Counted from the first letter of the stretch, positions 39,115 to 49,509 are shown. The stretch is DNA of 64,000 nucleotides from Candidatus Binatia bacterium (GCA_951813575.1 OX638375.1:1625042-1689041), one strand, 5' to 3'. Notes: generated by a model from the letters alone, not told the origin. Numbers and translations: made by a program.

Positions 39115-39897
39115 TCAAGAGTTCGCATCGTACGGGTGGTCGAACAGGCGCCCGTAGCCCGGGACCTCGGCCTTGACCCGCGCCAGGCCCAAGCCGGCCC
39201 ACATCATGGCCTGCATGCTGGTCACCACGGAGACGCCGAGGTCCCGCTCCAGGCTGTCGATGATGGCGACGCTGGGCATGAGGGCGCCGGTGATCCAGAT
39301 GCCGTCGGCGGACGGGGTGGAGAGGTAGAGTTCCTTGGCGGCGTGGTAGGGTTCCGCCAGGGGCAGGGTGGAGACGCCATAGCGGCGTGACATGCCGGCC
39401 TCGTCGGACGGCCACAGGGACCGCCTGCCCACCACCTCGATGCCGGCGTGGCCCACATAATCGGCGAGCTGCCGGTCCATGGACTCGTCGAAGGGCGTCA
39501 GCATGACCACGCGCTTCATGTCGAGGGTGTGCATGGCGCGGATGCAGGCGCCGATGTCCGTGGCAAAGGGTATGTCGGTGTGGCCCGCCACCTCGGCCAG
39601 CAGCTTCTCCTCGAAACCCCATCCCCGGGTGACCACCAGCGGCACCCCGGCCTGGATGATGGAGTCCACCCGCCGGTCCTCCAGCTCCCCAACGGCCACG
39701 TCCATGCGGCCCACCGCGTCGTCGTACTGCTGCTGGGTCAACTGGGTGACGTGGAGCGACGTCATCACGATGGTGACACCGTCCGGCGCCATGAGATAGA
39801 ACTCGTAGCCGTTGTTCTCGTGGCCCGGACTGGGAGTCACGAACCCGATGCGCGCGCGCCAGCCGTAGGTGGCGCCGAGGGGCGGTTTCAGTGCCAT
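39115..39897 (-). CDS. Asp/Glu/hydantoin racemase-family protein (arylmalonate decarboxylase / maleate isomerase-like)
   Basis: This is the lower 260 codons of ORF 39115..39960. The fold matches this family. Confidence 0.6.
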   Translation of the reverse strand: MALKPPLGATYGWRARIGFVTPSPGHENNGYEFYLMAPDGVTIVMTSLHVTQLTQQQYDDAVGRMDVAVGELEDRRVDSIIQAGVPLVVTRGWGFEEKLLAEVAGHTDIPFATDIGACIRAMHTLDMKRVVMLTPFDESMDRQLADYVGHAGIEVVGRRSLWPSDEAGMSRRYGVSTLPLAEPYHAAKELYLSTPSADGIWITGALMPSVAIIDSLERDLGVSVVTSMQAMMWAGLGLARVKAEVPGYGRLFDHPYDANS

Positions 39898-39972
39898 GCG
39901 GGTCTCCTGGAAATCAACGCTCGACCGCCTGCTCCGCGCTTGAGACGGAGCAGGCGGCATTCGTGCCGGAGG

Positions 39973-41094
39973 CTACAGTCCGTAGAGCCGCCTCGGGTTG
40001 GCGTCCAGGATGGCGTCCTTGGCGGCATCGGAGATGTCGGTGCGCTCCCGCAGCATCCGCGCGGCAAAGCGTTCCCGGTCGCCGTGGGGCATGTCGGTGC
40101 CCATGACGATCTGCCCCTGCCCCACCTCGGCCATCACGTGCGGCAACAGCGAATCCTCGATCTCGGCGCTGAAGAAGAGGTTCCCCTTCTCGACATAGTC
40201 CATGGCCGGCAACGCTTGCTTGGGGACACACTCGGGGATGAACTTCAGCAGCAGCTCGCCCTGGTTCTCATAGCGGTGCTTCAGCCGGTCGAGCATGAAC
40301 GGCACCCACATGCACCCGGCCTCCAGGAACACCACCCGCATGTCCGGATGCCGGTCCAGGACGCCGCCGGCGATGAGCGAGGTGCACGCCATCAGCACCG
40401 GCATGTGGAAGGCGATGACGCCGGACGGATAGATGTGCGAGTAGAGGTTGTTCACCGACGGGCAGGACCAGCCCACGTGGACCCCCAACGCCAGGTTGTT
40501 TCCCTCCACGGCCTCATAGAACGGCAGCAGCGCGTCGTCGTCCAGCAGACGGTCTCCCGCGGTCCCCAGCACCATGACCGACACGGCTCCGAGGCTCGCG
40601 GCCTCGTTCACCGAGCGCACGGCGCCGTCCACGTCGTCGAGGTTCACCACCGCGGACCACTTGATGCGGTCGTTGCCGCCCAGCCGGTCTCCCAGCCAAC
40701 GGTTGTACGAGTCGCACAGAGCGGTGGCGAGAGGAACGTTGTCGGTAAGCGGATAGGCGAGAAAGAGCGTCGTGTACACCACCTGCACGGCGATCTCCTC
40801 CTCGTCCATGATCGCCAGCCGCTCGGGGATGTTGGTCAGCTCCTGGCTGCCGACGCTGTCCACCTTGCCCACCGAGTGTTTCGCCAGCTCGCCGTCGATG
40901 GTCAGGGGCGTTCCGAGGTTGTTGCAGCCCCGGCCCACCCGGCGGGGGAAGAGCTGCTCGTCGATCATCCAGTAGGCCATGCCGTCCACCCCCACCACCC
41001 GGGGCTTCTGGCCGCGGAACCTGGGGTCCAGGTACTTGTCGTCGAAAGTTTCCAGGCACTCTTCCACGTGGCCGTCAGCGTCTACACAGTCCAT
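39973..41094 (-). CDS. Amidohydrolase-2 (ACMSD/LigW-like metal-dependent hydrolase/decarboxylase) family protein, paralogue 1
   Basis: It has TIM-barrel metal-ligand motifs (VDADGHV...H...D). It is related to the proteins at 51479 and 55497. Confidence 0.7.
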   Translation of the reverse strand: MDCVDADGHVEECLETFDDKYLDPRFRGQKPRVVGVDGMAYWMIDEQLFPRRVGRGCNNLGTPLTIDGELAKHSVGKVDSVGSQELTNIPERLAIMDEEEIAVQVVYTTLFLAYPLTDNVPLATALCDSYNRWLGDRLGGNDRIKWSAVVNLDDVDGAVRSVNEAASLGAVSVMVLGTAGDRLLDDDALLPFYEAVEGNNLALGVHVGWSCPSVNNLYSHIYPSGVIAFHMPVLMACTSLIAGGVLDRHPDMRVVFLEAGCMWVPFMLDRLKHRYENQGELLLKFIPECVPKQALPAMDYVEKGNLFFSAEIEDSLLPHVMAEVGQGQIVMGTDMPHGDRERFAARMLRERTDISDAAKDAILDANPRRLYGL

Positions 41095-41196
41095 TTCTCA
41101 CCTCCGTCGATTCACGGTACATTGATTCGTCCAACATGGTAGACACCGCGGCAGGTTGTCAAGTCACCGGTCCTTCCCGGCAATGGAGTCCATCCC

Positions 41197-42552
41197 ATGA
41201 GCACTGTGGATACGGAGGTCACCAAACGCCTCGCGGAGTGGGTCTGCGAATCGGACTTCTCGTCCGTGCCGGACGCGGTGCGCGACGAGGCCGCGCGCAC
41301 CCTGCTCAACTGGATGGGCTGCGCGGTGGGGGGATCGGGCCACGAATCCGTGGACATCACGCTGCGGGCGCTGGGCCCCTTCATGGGGGAGCCGCAGGCC
41401 TCGGTGCTGGGCCGGACGGAACGGGCGGACGTGCTGCACGCGTCATTGCTCAACGGCCTCAGCTCCCACGTGTTCGACTTCGACGACACCCATCTGCAGA
41501 CCATCATCCATCCGGCCGGGCCGGTGGCGTCGGCGCTGGTGCCGCTGGCCGAGCACCGGCCCGTGTCCGGCCGGGACTTCCTCCACGCGCTGATCCTCGG
41601 GGTCGAGGTGGAGTGCCGCATCGGCAACGCCGTCTACCCGGACCACTACGACACGGGCTGGCACATCACCGGCACCGCCGGGGTGTTCGGAGCCGCGGCC
41701 GCCGCCGGGCGCCTGCTGGGACTGGACGTGCAGCGCATGTGCTGGGCCCTGGCGGGAGCCGCCACCCAGGCCGCCGGGCTGCGGGAGATGTTCGGCACCA
41801 TGTTGAAGCCCTTCCTCATCGGACGGGCGGCCCAGAACGGCTTGGCCGCCGCCTTGCTGGCCGCGGAGGGATTGACCGGCTCCGAGCGGGCCCTCGAGGC
41901 TCCCCGGGGATTCGCCCGGGTGCTGTCCACGAAGCAGGATTTCGCCGCCATCTGCGACGGCCTCGGCCAAAGCTACGAGATCCTGCTCAACACCTACAAG
42001 CCCTACCCCTGCGGCGTGGTGATCCATCCGAGCCTCGACGGCTGCATCCGGCTGAAGCAGGAGCACGGGCTCACGGGCGAAGACATCGAGGCCGTGGAAC
42101 TCCGGGTCCATCCCCTGGTGCTGGAGCTCACCGGGAACAAGACGCCGCAGACCGGGCTCCAGGGGAAATTCAGCGTGTACCACGCGGTAGGGGCCGCCCT
42201 GGTGCTCGGACGGGTGGGTGTAGCCGAGTTCACCGACGAGGTGGTGCAGGACCCACGGGTCACGGCGGTGCGCGACCGCGTCTCCGCGGTGGTGGACGAT
42301 CACATCCGTGAAGCGGGTGCCGTGGTTACCATACGGCTGAAGGACGGGCGCACCGTCGAGGAGGTGGTCGAAGAGGCCTCGGGAAGCCTCGAATGCCCGC
42401 TCTCCGACGAGGACATGGACGCGAAGGTCCACGCCCTGGCCGATCCGATGCTCGGGGAGGCTTCAACCCGGGAGATGATCCGCGCCTGCCGGGGAGTGGC
42501 GGCGCTGGAGGATGCCGGCGCCCTCGCCCGCGCGGCCACGCCATCCGCGTGA
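41197..42552 (+). CDS. MmgE/PrpD-family protein (2-methylcitrate dehydratase-like)
   Basis: It has the family's N-terminal (LAEWVCESDFSSVPDAVRDEA) and C-terminal domains. Confidence 0.8.
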   Translation: MSTVDTEVTKRLAEWVCESDFSSVPDAVRDEAARTLLNWMGCAVGGSGHESVDITLRALGPFMGEPQASVLGRTERADVLHASLLNGLSSHVFDFDDTHLQTIIHPAGPVASALVPLAEHRPVSGRDFLHALILGVEVECRIGNAVYPDHYDTGWHITGTAGVFGAAAAAGRLLGLDVQRMCWALAGAATQAAGLREMFGTMLKPFLIGRAAQNGLAAALLAAEGLTGSERALEAPRGFARVLSTKQDFAAICDGLGQSYEILLNTYKPYPCGVVIHPSLDGCIRLKQEHGLTGEDIEAVELRVHPLVLELTGNKTPQTGLQGKFSVYHAVGAALVLGRVGVAEFTDEVVQDPRVTAVRDRVSAVVDDHIREAGAVVTIRLKDGRTVEEVVEEASGSLECPLSDEDMDAKVHALADPMLGEASTREMIRACRGVAALEDAGALARAATPSA

Positions 42553-42617
42553 CCGTGGCGCCGCTACCTGTCCTCGGGCGGATGGACCGTTGACGGCCCA
42601 TCCGCAAGGAGAATCCC

Positions 42618-44129
42618 ATGCCCGACCGCTACGACGTCATCATCATCGGCGGCGGCTCGGGCGGCTGCGTTGCCGCCGCCCGGCTGAGCGAAGACCCGCG
42701 CCGCAAGGTGCTGCTGCTGGAAGCCGCGCCGGACCCGCAACCGATCCCGGAAGCCATCCGGCGGGCCAGCGCCCGTGACCGGGTCTGGCTCGAGACCCCC
42801 TACGTCGACATGGTCCCGGTGGTGCGGCCCGTGGACGGCAGCCCATTCCGCTCTCTCGCGGGAAAGATCATGGGCGGGGGCTCGTCGGTCAACGCCATGG
42901 CCTGGGTGTGGCCGACCCGGCACGACATGGACCGGTGGGTGGCGGCGGGGAATCCGGACTGGTCCTGGGAAGCGGTCCACGGAGTCCTGCAGCGCATCGA
43001 GGCGGACCAGGACTTCCCGGACGACCCGGACCACGGCCACGCCGGACCGGTCTACGTCAAGCGTCCCTTCAGCCTGGACTCGGACCTGTCCCCGGTGGTC
43101 CGGGCCTGTATCGACGGCGCCGCCGAAATGGGCCTCCCGCGCCTCCCCGACACCAACATCCCCGACCCCGTGGGCGTGGGACCGGGGGTCTCCAACATCA
43201 AGGACGGTGTGCGCCAGTCCGCGGTGGTGAGCCATCTCGAACCGGCACGGGGGCGTCCGAACCTCACCGTCAAGGCCGAGGCGCCGGTGCTGGGGCTGAC
43301 CCTGTCGGGCAGCCGCGTGGACGGCGTGCGTTACGAAAAGGACGGCCAGATCCACACGGACACCGCGGGCCAGGTGGTTCTGGCCGCGAGCGCCTACCGC
43401 ACGCCCCAGCTCCTCATGCTGTCGGGTATCGGCCCGGCAGCCGAGCTGGAACGGCTGGGCATCGAGGTGGCGCACGGGCTCGAGGGCGTCGGAGGAAACT
43501 TCCAGGACCACGCCGTCGTCCACGTGACCTTCGAGGCCGCCATGGACTTCGAGGTGGCGTGGACCCTGTCGAGGCTTCGTCTCATGGCACGGACCTCCCC
43601 GAGCGTGGACCACGGGGACTTCAGCGCTTCGCTGCGGCCGCCCACCAGGATCGAGGGCGTGGGCACCCTGCTGCCCTTGTCCGTTCAACTGCTGGAGCAA
43701 GGGGCGTCGGGACGGATCCGCCTCCCCAGCCTGGATGCCAGGGATTTCCCCGTTGTGGAGACGGGACTGCTGGAAGACCCGAAGGACGTGGAAAAGATGG
43801 TGGCGGCCATGGAGTTCCTCCAGGACCTCGCCCGGACCTCGCCGATGCGCGAGTTCTACGGCGCGGTACGCAACCCGGCCCCCCAAGAGGACTGGGCGAC
43901 CTTCGCCCGCTCCACCTACGACAGCTACCACCACGCTTCCGGCACCTGCAGGATGGGACCGGCGGAAGACCCCGGCTCGGTGGTGGACCAGCGCCTGCGC
44001 GTCCACGGACTGGACAACCTGTGGGTGGCGGACGCCTCGATCATGCCCGAGGTAACCCACGCCAACACCAACGCCACGGTCTACGTCATCGCCGAACGGC
44101 TGGCGGAGTTCCTGGGGAGCGCGGCGTAG
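42618..44129 (+). CDS. GMC-family FAD oxidoreductase (choline dehydrogenase-like)
   Basis: It has YDVIIIGGGSGGCVAAARLSED and the C-terminal HxxGTCRMG motif. Confidence 0.85.
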   Translation: MPDRYDVIIIGGGSGGCVAAARLSEDPRRKVLLLEAAPDPQPIPEAIRRASARDRVWLETPYVDMVPVVRPVDGSPFRSLAGKIMGGGSSVNAMAWVWPTRHDMDRWVAAGNPDWSWEAVHGVLQRIEADQDFPDDPDHGHAGPVYVKRPFSLDSDLSPVVRACIDGAAEMGLPRLPDTNIPDPVGVGPGVSNIKDGVRQSAVVSHLEPARGRPNLTVKAEAPVLGLTLSGSRVDGVRYEKDGQIHTDTAGQVVLAASAYRTPQLLMLSGIGPAAELERLGIEVAHGLEGVGGNFQDHAVVHVTFEAAMDFEVAWTLSRLRLMARTSPSVDHGDFSASLRPPTRIEGVGTLLPLSVQLLEQGASGRIRLPSLDARDFPVVETGLLEDPKDVEKMVAAMEFLQDLARTSPMREFYGAVRNPAPQEDWATFARSTYDSYHHASGTCRMGPAEDPGSVVDQRLRVHGLDNLWVADASIMPEVTHANTNATVYVIAERLAEFLGSAA

Positions 44130-44147
44130 GAAGGGAAGGAGGAAACC

Positions 44148-45659
44148 ATGTCCGATCACTACGACGTCATCATCATCGGCGGCGGCTCCGGCGGCTGCGT
44201 GGCCGCGGCCCGACTGAGCGAGGACCCGCGCCGCAAGGTGCTGTTGCTGGAGGCCGCCGCGGATCCGCAGCCGCCGCCGGACACCGTCCGGCTGGCCAGC
44301 GGCCGGGACCGGCTCTGGCTCGAGAGTCCCTACATCGACACGTTGCCCGTGGAACGGCCCATCGACGGAAGCACGTTCTACCCCATGGCCGGGAAGATCA
44401 TGGGAGGGGGCTCGTCCGTCAACGCTATGGGCTGGGTGTGGCCCACGCGCCACGACATGGAGCGGTGGGTGGCGGCCGGCAATCCCGACTGGTCCTGGGA
44501 CACGGTCCATGAGATGCTGAAACGCATCGAAGCGGACCAGGACTTGCCCGGCGACCCCGATCACGGCCACGCCGGACCGGTTTACGTCAAGCGCCCCTTC
44601 AGCCTGGACTCGGACCTGGCTCCGGTTATCCGGGCCTATATCGACGGCGCCGCCGAGCTGGGCATCCCGCGCCTGCCCGACACCAACCTCCCGGATCCGG
44701 TGGGCGTGGGCCCCGGGGTCTGCAACATCAAGGACGACGTGCGCCAATCCGCGGCCGTGAGCCATCTCGATCCGGCGCGGGGACGTCCGAACCTCACCAT
44801 CAAGGCGGAAGCGCCGGTGCTGGGGCTGACCCTGTCGGGCAGCCGGGTGGACGGGGTGCGCTACGAAAGGGACGGCGAAGTCCACACGGACACCGCCGGC
44901 CAGGTGGTGCTGGCGGCCGGCGCCTACCGCAGCCCGCAGCTCCTGCTCCTGTCGGGCATCGGCCCGGCCGCGGAGCTGGAGGCCCTCGGCATCGCGGTCA
45001 CCCACGCGCTGGACGGCGTGGGAAGGAACTTCCAGGACCATGCCCACATCCACATGACGTTCGCGGCCGCCAGGGAATTCGAGGTGGACTGGACCCTGCC
45101 GAGGCTGCGGCTCATGGCCCGGAGCTCCGCCGGCCTGGACCACGGCGACTTCAGCGTCACCCTGCGGCCGCCCACGAATATCCAGGGCGTCGGCTCCCTG
45201 CTGCCCCTCTCCGCGCAACTGCTGGAGCAAGAGGCGCCCGGGCGGATCCACCTCAACAGCACCGACCCCAGGGACTTCCCGGCCATCGAAACCGGGATGC
45301 TGGAGCATCCCGCGGACGCGAAGAAGATGGTCGCCGCCATGGAGTTCATCCGCGACCTGACCCGCACGTCACCCATGCGGGAGTTCTACGGCGAGTTGCG
45401 CAACCCCGGGCCGGACGAGGACTGGGCCACCTGGGCCCGCTCGACCTACGACAGCTATCAACACGCCAGCGGCACCTGCAGGATGGGGCCGGCCAACGAC
45501 CCCGCAGCGGTGGTGGACCAGCGATTGCGGGTCCACGGGCTGGACAACCTGTGGGTGGCGGACGCCTCGGTCATGCCCGAGGTGGTACGTGCCAACACCA
45601 ACTCCACCGTCTACGTCATCGGGGAGCGCCTGGCGGAGTTCCTGAGCAGCGCGGCGTAG
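44148..45659 (+). CDS. GMC-family FAD oxidoreductase, tandem paralogue (~80% identical to the previous gene)
   Basis: It has the same length (503 aa) and the same motifs. Confidence 0.85.
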   Translation: MSDHYDVIIIGGGSGGCVAAARLSEDPRRKVLLLEAAADPQPPPDTVRLASGRDRLWLESPYIDTLPVERPIDGSTFYPMAGKIMGGGSSVNAMGWVWPTRHDMERWVAAGNPDWSWDTVHEMLKRIEADQDLPGDPDHGHAGPVYVKRPFSLDSDLAPVIRAYIDGAAELGIPRLPDTNLPDPVGVGPGVCNIKDDVRQSAAVSHLDPARGRPNLTIKAEAPVLGLTLSGSRVDGVRYERDGEVHTDTAGQVVLAAGAYRSPQLLLLSGIGPAAELEALGIAVTHALDGVGRNFQDHAHIHMTFAAAREFEVDWTLPRLRLMARSSAGLDHGDFSVTLRPPTNIQGVGSLLPLSAQLLEQEAPGRIHLNSTDPRDFPAIETGMLEHPADAKKMVAAMEFIRDLTRTSPMREFYGELRNPGPDEDWATWARSTYDSYQHASGTCRMGPANDPAAVVDQRLRVHGLDNLWVADASVMPEVVRANTNSTVYVIGERLAEFLSSAA

Positions 45660-46046
45660 GAGCCGAGGCGATGAAGGACCGGCTTTGCATGGAACCCGGC
45701 CACTACCCCGAACCCATCAGCCATTCTTGACAGTCGCGGGCACCGGCCGACACTCGCCGGACGGATGCCCCGGGATCCTGTTCAATGCGTCCGGCGGTTC
45801 GGCAGACCGTGAACACTGCTGGCGGAGACCGTCGACGCCGTCAGAAGCGCTCGACCCTGTCGTGTCCGCTCACCGCTAAAATCTTCAGCTCAACACAGTA
45901 ACGAACGGCACCGGGCACGATCAGCACGGCGCAAGCTCGACCCGTGCGTGATCCTCTGAAGGGGCCTCCCGTTCCTGCTCGACGGCCGATGAAGGACTTG
46001 TTGAAGGTGCCAACGGAATGGCGGGTGAAGCGCTTGACCGAATTCA

Positions 46047-46070
46047 TTAATGAGAATATATTCTCATTAA
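46047..46070. promoter_or_regulatory. Perfect 24-bp palindrome TTAATGAGAATATATTCTCATTAA; a Fur-family (Zur-type) box 26 bp upstream of znuA that overlaps the likely -10 region
   Basis: It is an AT-rich perfect dyad in an otherwise GC-rich region. TTGACC lies 17 bp upstream. The position was anchored through ORF 45841..46284. Confidence 0.65.
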
Positions 46071-46095
46071 ATTCTTTCATCGGGAGGACCTTGCA

Positions 46096-47130
46096 ATGAA
46101 GAGATCGGGTGGCCTGTTTCTCGCCATCGCGGCGGGCTTTTGGATCAGCGTGTTTTCGGCCTTTGCCTGGGCGCAGTCGGTCAACGTCGTCACCAGCGTG
46201 ATTCCGGCGGCGTATATCTTCGAGGAGTTGGGAGGGGCGCGAGTCAACGTGACTGCGTTGGTGCCGCCTGGGGCGAGCCCCCATATGTTCGAGCCCGTGC
46301 CCAGCGACATCCGAAAACTCGCCCGGGCGCGGTACTTCGTCAACATCGGCGGTGGGTTGGATGCCTGGTCGGAGAGATTACTGGCCGCGGCCCCCAAGGG
46401 AATCGAGGTCGTGACGCTGATAGACACGCCGAACCTGAACCTCTTGGAAGCAGCAGAACACCACCACGATCACCACGGCGAAGAAAAGGCGGCCATGAAG
46501 GACGAGCATCACGGCCATGGTGAAGAGAAGGTCGCCATGAAGGATGAACATCACGGCCATGGTGAAGAGAAGGTCGCCCAAGAGAGCGGCGAGGAACACG
46601 GGGCATTCGATCCGCACTTCTGGTTGGACCCGATCCGTGTCAGGGACGCCGTGGTTCCGGCGGTGACGCAACGGTTGATCGCCGCGGACCCGGCCGGCAA
46701 GGACTACTACGAGAAGCGCCGCCAGGACTTCCACCGGAGGCTGACCGCCTTGGACCAGCGGGTCCGGTCGGAGCTGGCCAAGGCGAAGGTGCGCAAGTAC
46801 ATCGCCTTCCACGACGCCTGGGTCTACTTTGCCGAGCGCTACGGGTTGGAGGAGGTGGCGGTGGTCCAGGAATTCGCCGGCGAGGAGCCCACGCCCAAGG
46901 AAGTGGCCAAGCTCGTGCGCGACGCCCGCGCCGAGGGGCTCGGGGCCATGCTGGTGGAGCCGCAACTGAGTCCCCGCGTGGCCCAGACCATTAGCAAGGA
47001 GTTCGGTGGCCGGACCGTAGTGGTGGATCCGCTGGGCGATCCCGGCGATGCGGCGCGAGACAGCTACGAGAAGCTGCTGCAGTTCAACGCCCGCAGCTTC
47101 GGAAAGGCGCTGCAAAGCAGCGTGAATTGA
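46096..47130 (+). CDS. znuA: Zinc ABC-transporter substrate-binding protein ZnuA (TroA family) with an expanded His/Glu-rich loop
   Basis: It has a signal peptide and the TroA fold. The loop is HHHDHHGEEKAAMKDEHHGHGEEKVAMKDEHHGHGEEKVAQESGEEHG, encoded by ~39-nt tandem repeats at ~46456..46606. Confidence 0.8.
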   Translation: MKRSGGLFLAIAAGFWISVFSAFAWAQSVNVVTSVIPAAYIFEELGGARVNVTALVPPGASPHMFEPVPSDIRKLARARYFVNIGGGLDAWSERLLAAAPKGIEVVTLIDTPNLNLLEAAEHHHDHHGEEKAAMKDEHHGHGEEKVAMKDEHHGHGEEKVAQESGEEHGAFDPHFWLDPIRVRDAVVPAVTQRLIAADPAGKDYYEKRRQDFHRRLTALDQRVRSELAKAKVRKYIAFHDAWVYFAERYGLEEVAVVQEFAGEEPTPKEVAKLVRDARAEGLGAMLVEPQLSPRVAQTISKEFGGRTVVVDPLGDPGDAARDSYEKLLQFNARSFGKALQSSVN

Positions 47131-47215
47131 CCGACAGGCCCGCGGGCCTGATAACCATCATAAAATGATAACGCAATATCATTATCAATCTATTTGCGTG
47201 AAAGGAGCGCATCCA

Positions 47216-48463
47216 ATGAGAATCAAGAAGCTGAAGCTACTCGCAACCCTGGCTGCCTCGGTGGCTTTGTTGTTCGCCGTCCACGCGGCCACCGCGAGCC
47301 CAACTTCCGTTGCGGGCCGCCTGCTGGTGGGCGACGGCGAGACCGGAATGTTGTCGATCATCGACCTGAAAAAGGGCGATGTGAAGCAGGACGCCTTTGA
47401 CATGGGGTCCCCGGCCGGCCGCATCTACGCCACCAAGAGCAAGCGCTATGCCCTCGCGGTCTCCAGCGACGCCAACACCGTGCACGTCTTCGACGGCGGT
47501 ATCTACCGGGAACGCCATGGCGACCATTTCGACCAGGTGACCGGACCGGTCAAGCAAATCGATGTGGACCTGACCGGCGAACGCCCGGTGCACTTGTATG
47601 TCAGTGGCAAGTGGTCCGCCATATTCTATGACGGGTCCGGCGACGTGGTGCTGCTCAACGAGGACGAACTTGGGAAGAAGCGAGCCAACTACAAACCGCC
47701 CAAGCTCAACGCGGGTCCCCACCACGGCGGGGCGGTGCCATTGGCACATGACCTGTTCGCGGTCACCGTCCCGCACCCGGACTTTGCCGCCAACCCAAAG
47801 GACTACCGTCTCCCCATCGGCGCCGAAATCGTCGACCTGTCGGGGAAGGTGCTGCATCGCCAGGAGGGCTGCAAGGATCTGCACGGCGACGCCGGAAACG
47901 GCCATGTGGCGGCCTTCGCGTGCAGGGGCGGCGTCCTCACCCTGGAAGCGGACCATGACAAGTACAAGGGGAGGTTCATCCCGTTTCCGGAGGGTGTATC
48001 CAAGGATCTCCGCCTGACCGCGATCTGGGGTTACACCGGTCTGGATCACTTCTTCCCTCTCGGTTCCGCGGCTGGCGTGTTCGCCGTGGATGCCAAGAAG
48101 GGCGTCATGAAGCAGTTGGTCTCCGCTTCGGACGCCGCAAAGCCCATCAACGCCGCCGTAAGCCACGACGGCAAGGCACTGCTGGTCGTGATGAGCGACG
48201 GCGAGTTGCGGAAGTACGACACCCGCAAGCTCGACCTGTTGGCCTCGGCGCGCGATTTCCTGGGTAGCCCGGTAGAGACGGGCTTCTGGGCGCGCCCCCA
48301 TGTCACCACCATTCCCGGAGCCGTCTTCATCACCGACTCCGTGGGCGGCAAGGTGCTGCGACTGGACGACCAGAACCTCAAGGTCGTCGAAAGCTGGAAG
48401 ATCGCCGGCAAGCCGACCAAGGTGGCCTTCGTGGGCATCTTGAAAAAGACCGCGGGCCACTAG
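47216..48463 (+). CDS. Secreted hypothetical protein, beta-propeller-like, with His-rich patches; it follows znuA on the same strand
   Basis: It has a signal peptide (MRIKKLKLLATLAASVALLFAVHA) and motifs HGDHF, GPHHGG and HGDAGNGH. No family was recognised. Confidence 0.4.
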   Translation: MRIKKLKLLATLAASVALLFAVHAATASPTSVAGRLLVGDGETGMLSIIDLKKGDVKQDAFDMGSPAGRIYATKSKRYALAVSSDANTVHVFDGGIYRERHGDHFDQVTGPVKQIDVDLTGERPVHLYVSGKWSAIFYDGSGDVVLLNEDELGKKRANYKPPKLNAGPHHGGAVPLAHDLFAVTVPHPDFAANPKDYRLPIGAEIVDLSGKVLHRQEGCKDLHGDAGNGHVAAFACRGGVLTLEADHDKYKGRFIPFPEGVSKDLRLTAIWGYTGLDHFFPLGSAAGVFAVDAKKGVMKQLVSASDAAKPINAAVSHDGKALLVVMSDGELRKYDTRKLDLLASARDFLGSPVETGFWARPHVTTIPGAVFITDSVGGKVLRLDDQNLKVVESWKIAGKPTKVAFVGILKKTAGH

Positions 48464-48536
48464 ATCCAGCGCCTCCCTTGACCCCCGGACCCGGCGCGGT
48501 GCTTCCCTGTGCGTTGCCCGCGTCGGGTCCGGTTCC

Positions 48537-49352
48537 CTACTGTTCGACAAGATCCAGCAGGACCCCGTCCGGGTCCGCCATGGCGTGCTGGCCGATGACG
48601 CAGCCTTCGAGGTCGGCGCGGGTCATGGAGCCGAAACGGCCCGCATCCAGGTTGGCGGGCGCCGATTCGGGGGCCGCCTCGCTCAGCTCCTCGATCTCCT
48701 TCCGCGTCCGCTCCAGGTCTTCCACGACAAAGCCGATGTGGTCGAGTCCTTCTCGCATGCCCCGGTAGAGTGAGTTGTTGCAGGGACGCACCAGTAGCTG
48801 TACCTGGCCGTCGGTGACACAGAAGCTGCCGTCCGGGCCCGGCGCCTCGCCGACGTCGAGCTCGAACACCTTGTGATAGAACTCGGCGACCCGTTCGGGC
48901 TGCTTGGAGCGGATGGAGATGTGGCTGATCTGGCGCGGCTGGTCCCAGCCGTCCTCGAGGTAGCCTTCACGCACCTTGGCGACGCCCTTCTGTGAAATAT
49001 CGTATTGCGTGCCGCAGGGGTCGGTGCCGCGCGAGACCGAGAACGGCACGTGGGGAAGGCTCTTGGCCACCAGCAGCTCCGGATAGTCGTTGCGCATGCG
49101 CTCCAGCACCAAGGGTATCTCCTCCACCTCGAAGCCGAAGTGGTCCAGCCCGGACTGGTTCCCCGGGTGTTTCTGCAGCATGGCGAAGCCGATGACGCCG
49201 TCGCTGATGTGGCCGCGGTTGGGGTTGTAGTTCCCTTTCTCGTCGGTCATGCCGGTGGTGATCTTCTTCATGCCGAAGATGGTCTGGTAGAACCGGGCCA
49301 TCCGGTCCCAGTTCTCGGTGTTGAGGGCGATGTGCCGGATACGCGTCTTCAT
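48537..49352 (-). CDS. Two-domain VOC-superfamily protein (glyoxalase / extradiol dioxygenase-like)
   Basis: This is the lower 271 codons of ORF 48537..49562. Two VOC modules are present (IRHIALNT..., ISHISIRS...). Confidence 0.7.
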   Translation of the reverse strand: MKTRIRHIALNTENWDRMARFYQTIFGMKKITTGMTDEKGNYNPNRGHISDGVIGFAMLQKHPGNQSGLDHFGFEVEEIPLVLERMRNDYPELLVAKSLPHVPFSVSRGTDPCGTQYDISQKGVAKVREGYLEDGWDQPRQISHISIRSKQPERVAEFYHKVFELDVGEAPGPDGSFCVTDGQVQLLVRPCNNSLYRGMREGLDHIGFVVEDLERTRKEIEELSEAAPESAPANLDAGRFGSMTRADLEGCVIGQHAMADPDGVLLDLVEQ

Positions 49353-49509
49353 GCTCAACCTCCGTGAAGGTGCCTGTCGAACGTTGGGAATCAACCTTAT
49401 CACAACCCTGCCGGAGTTGGCGCGCCCTGTCCCACTCCTCGTGCGTTGTGGTATAAGGCAGCAACGCCGCAACCCGGCGGCAACACTACCAAGGAGCGAA
49501 GGAGTTTGC

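Noticed and set aside
42564-45308. 914-aa minus-strand ORF
   Set aside because: It is antisense to the two GMC oxidoreductase genes, which contain the canonical FAD-binding and HxxGTC motifs.
46456-46606. Tandem ~39-nt repeats that could be mistaken for a repeat array
   Set aside because: They are in frame inside znuA and encode the His-rich metal-binding loop. There are no spacers and no cas genes, so this is not a CRISPR array.
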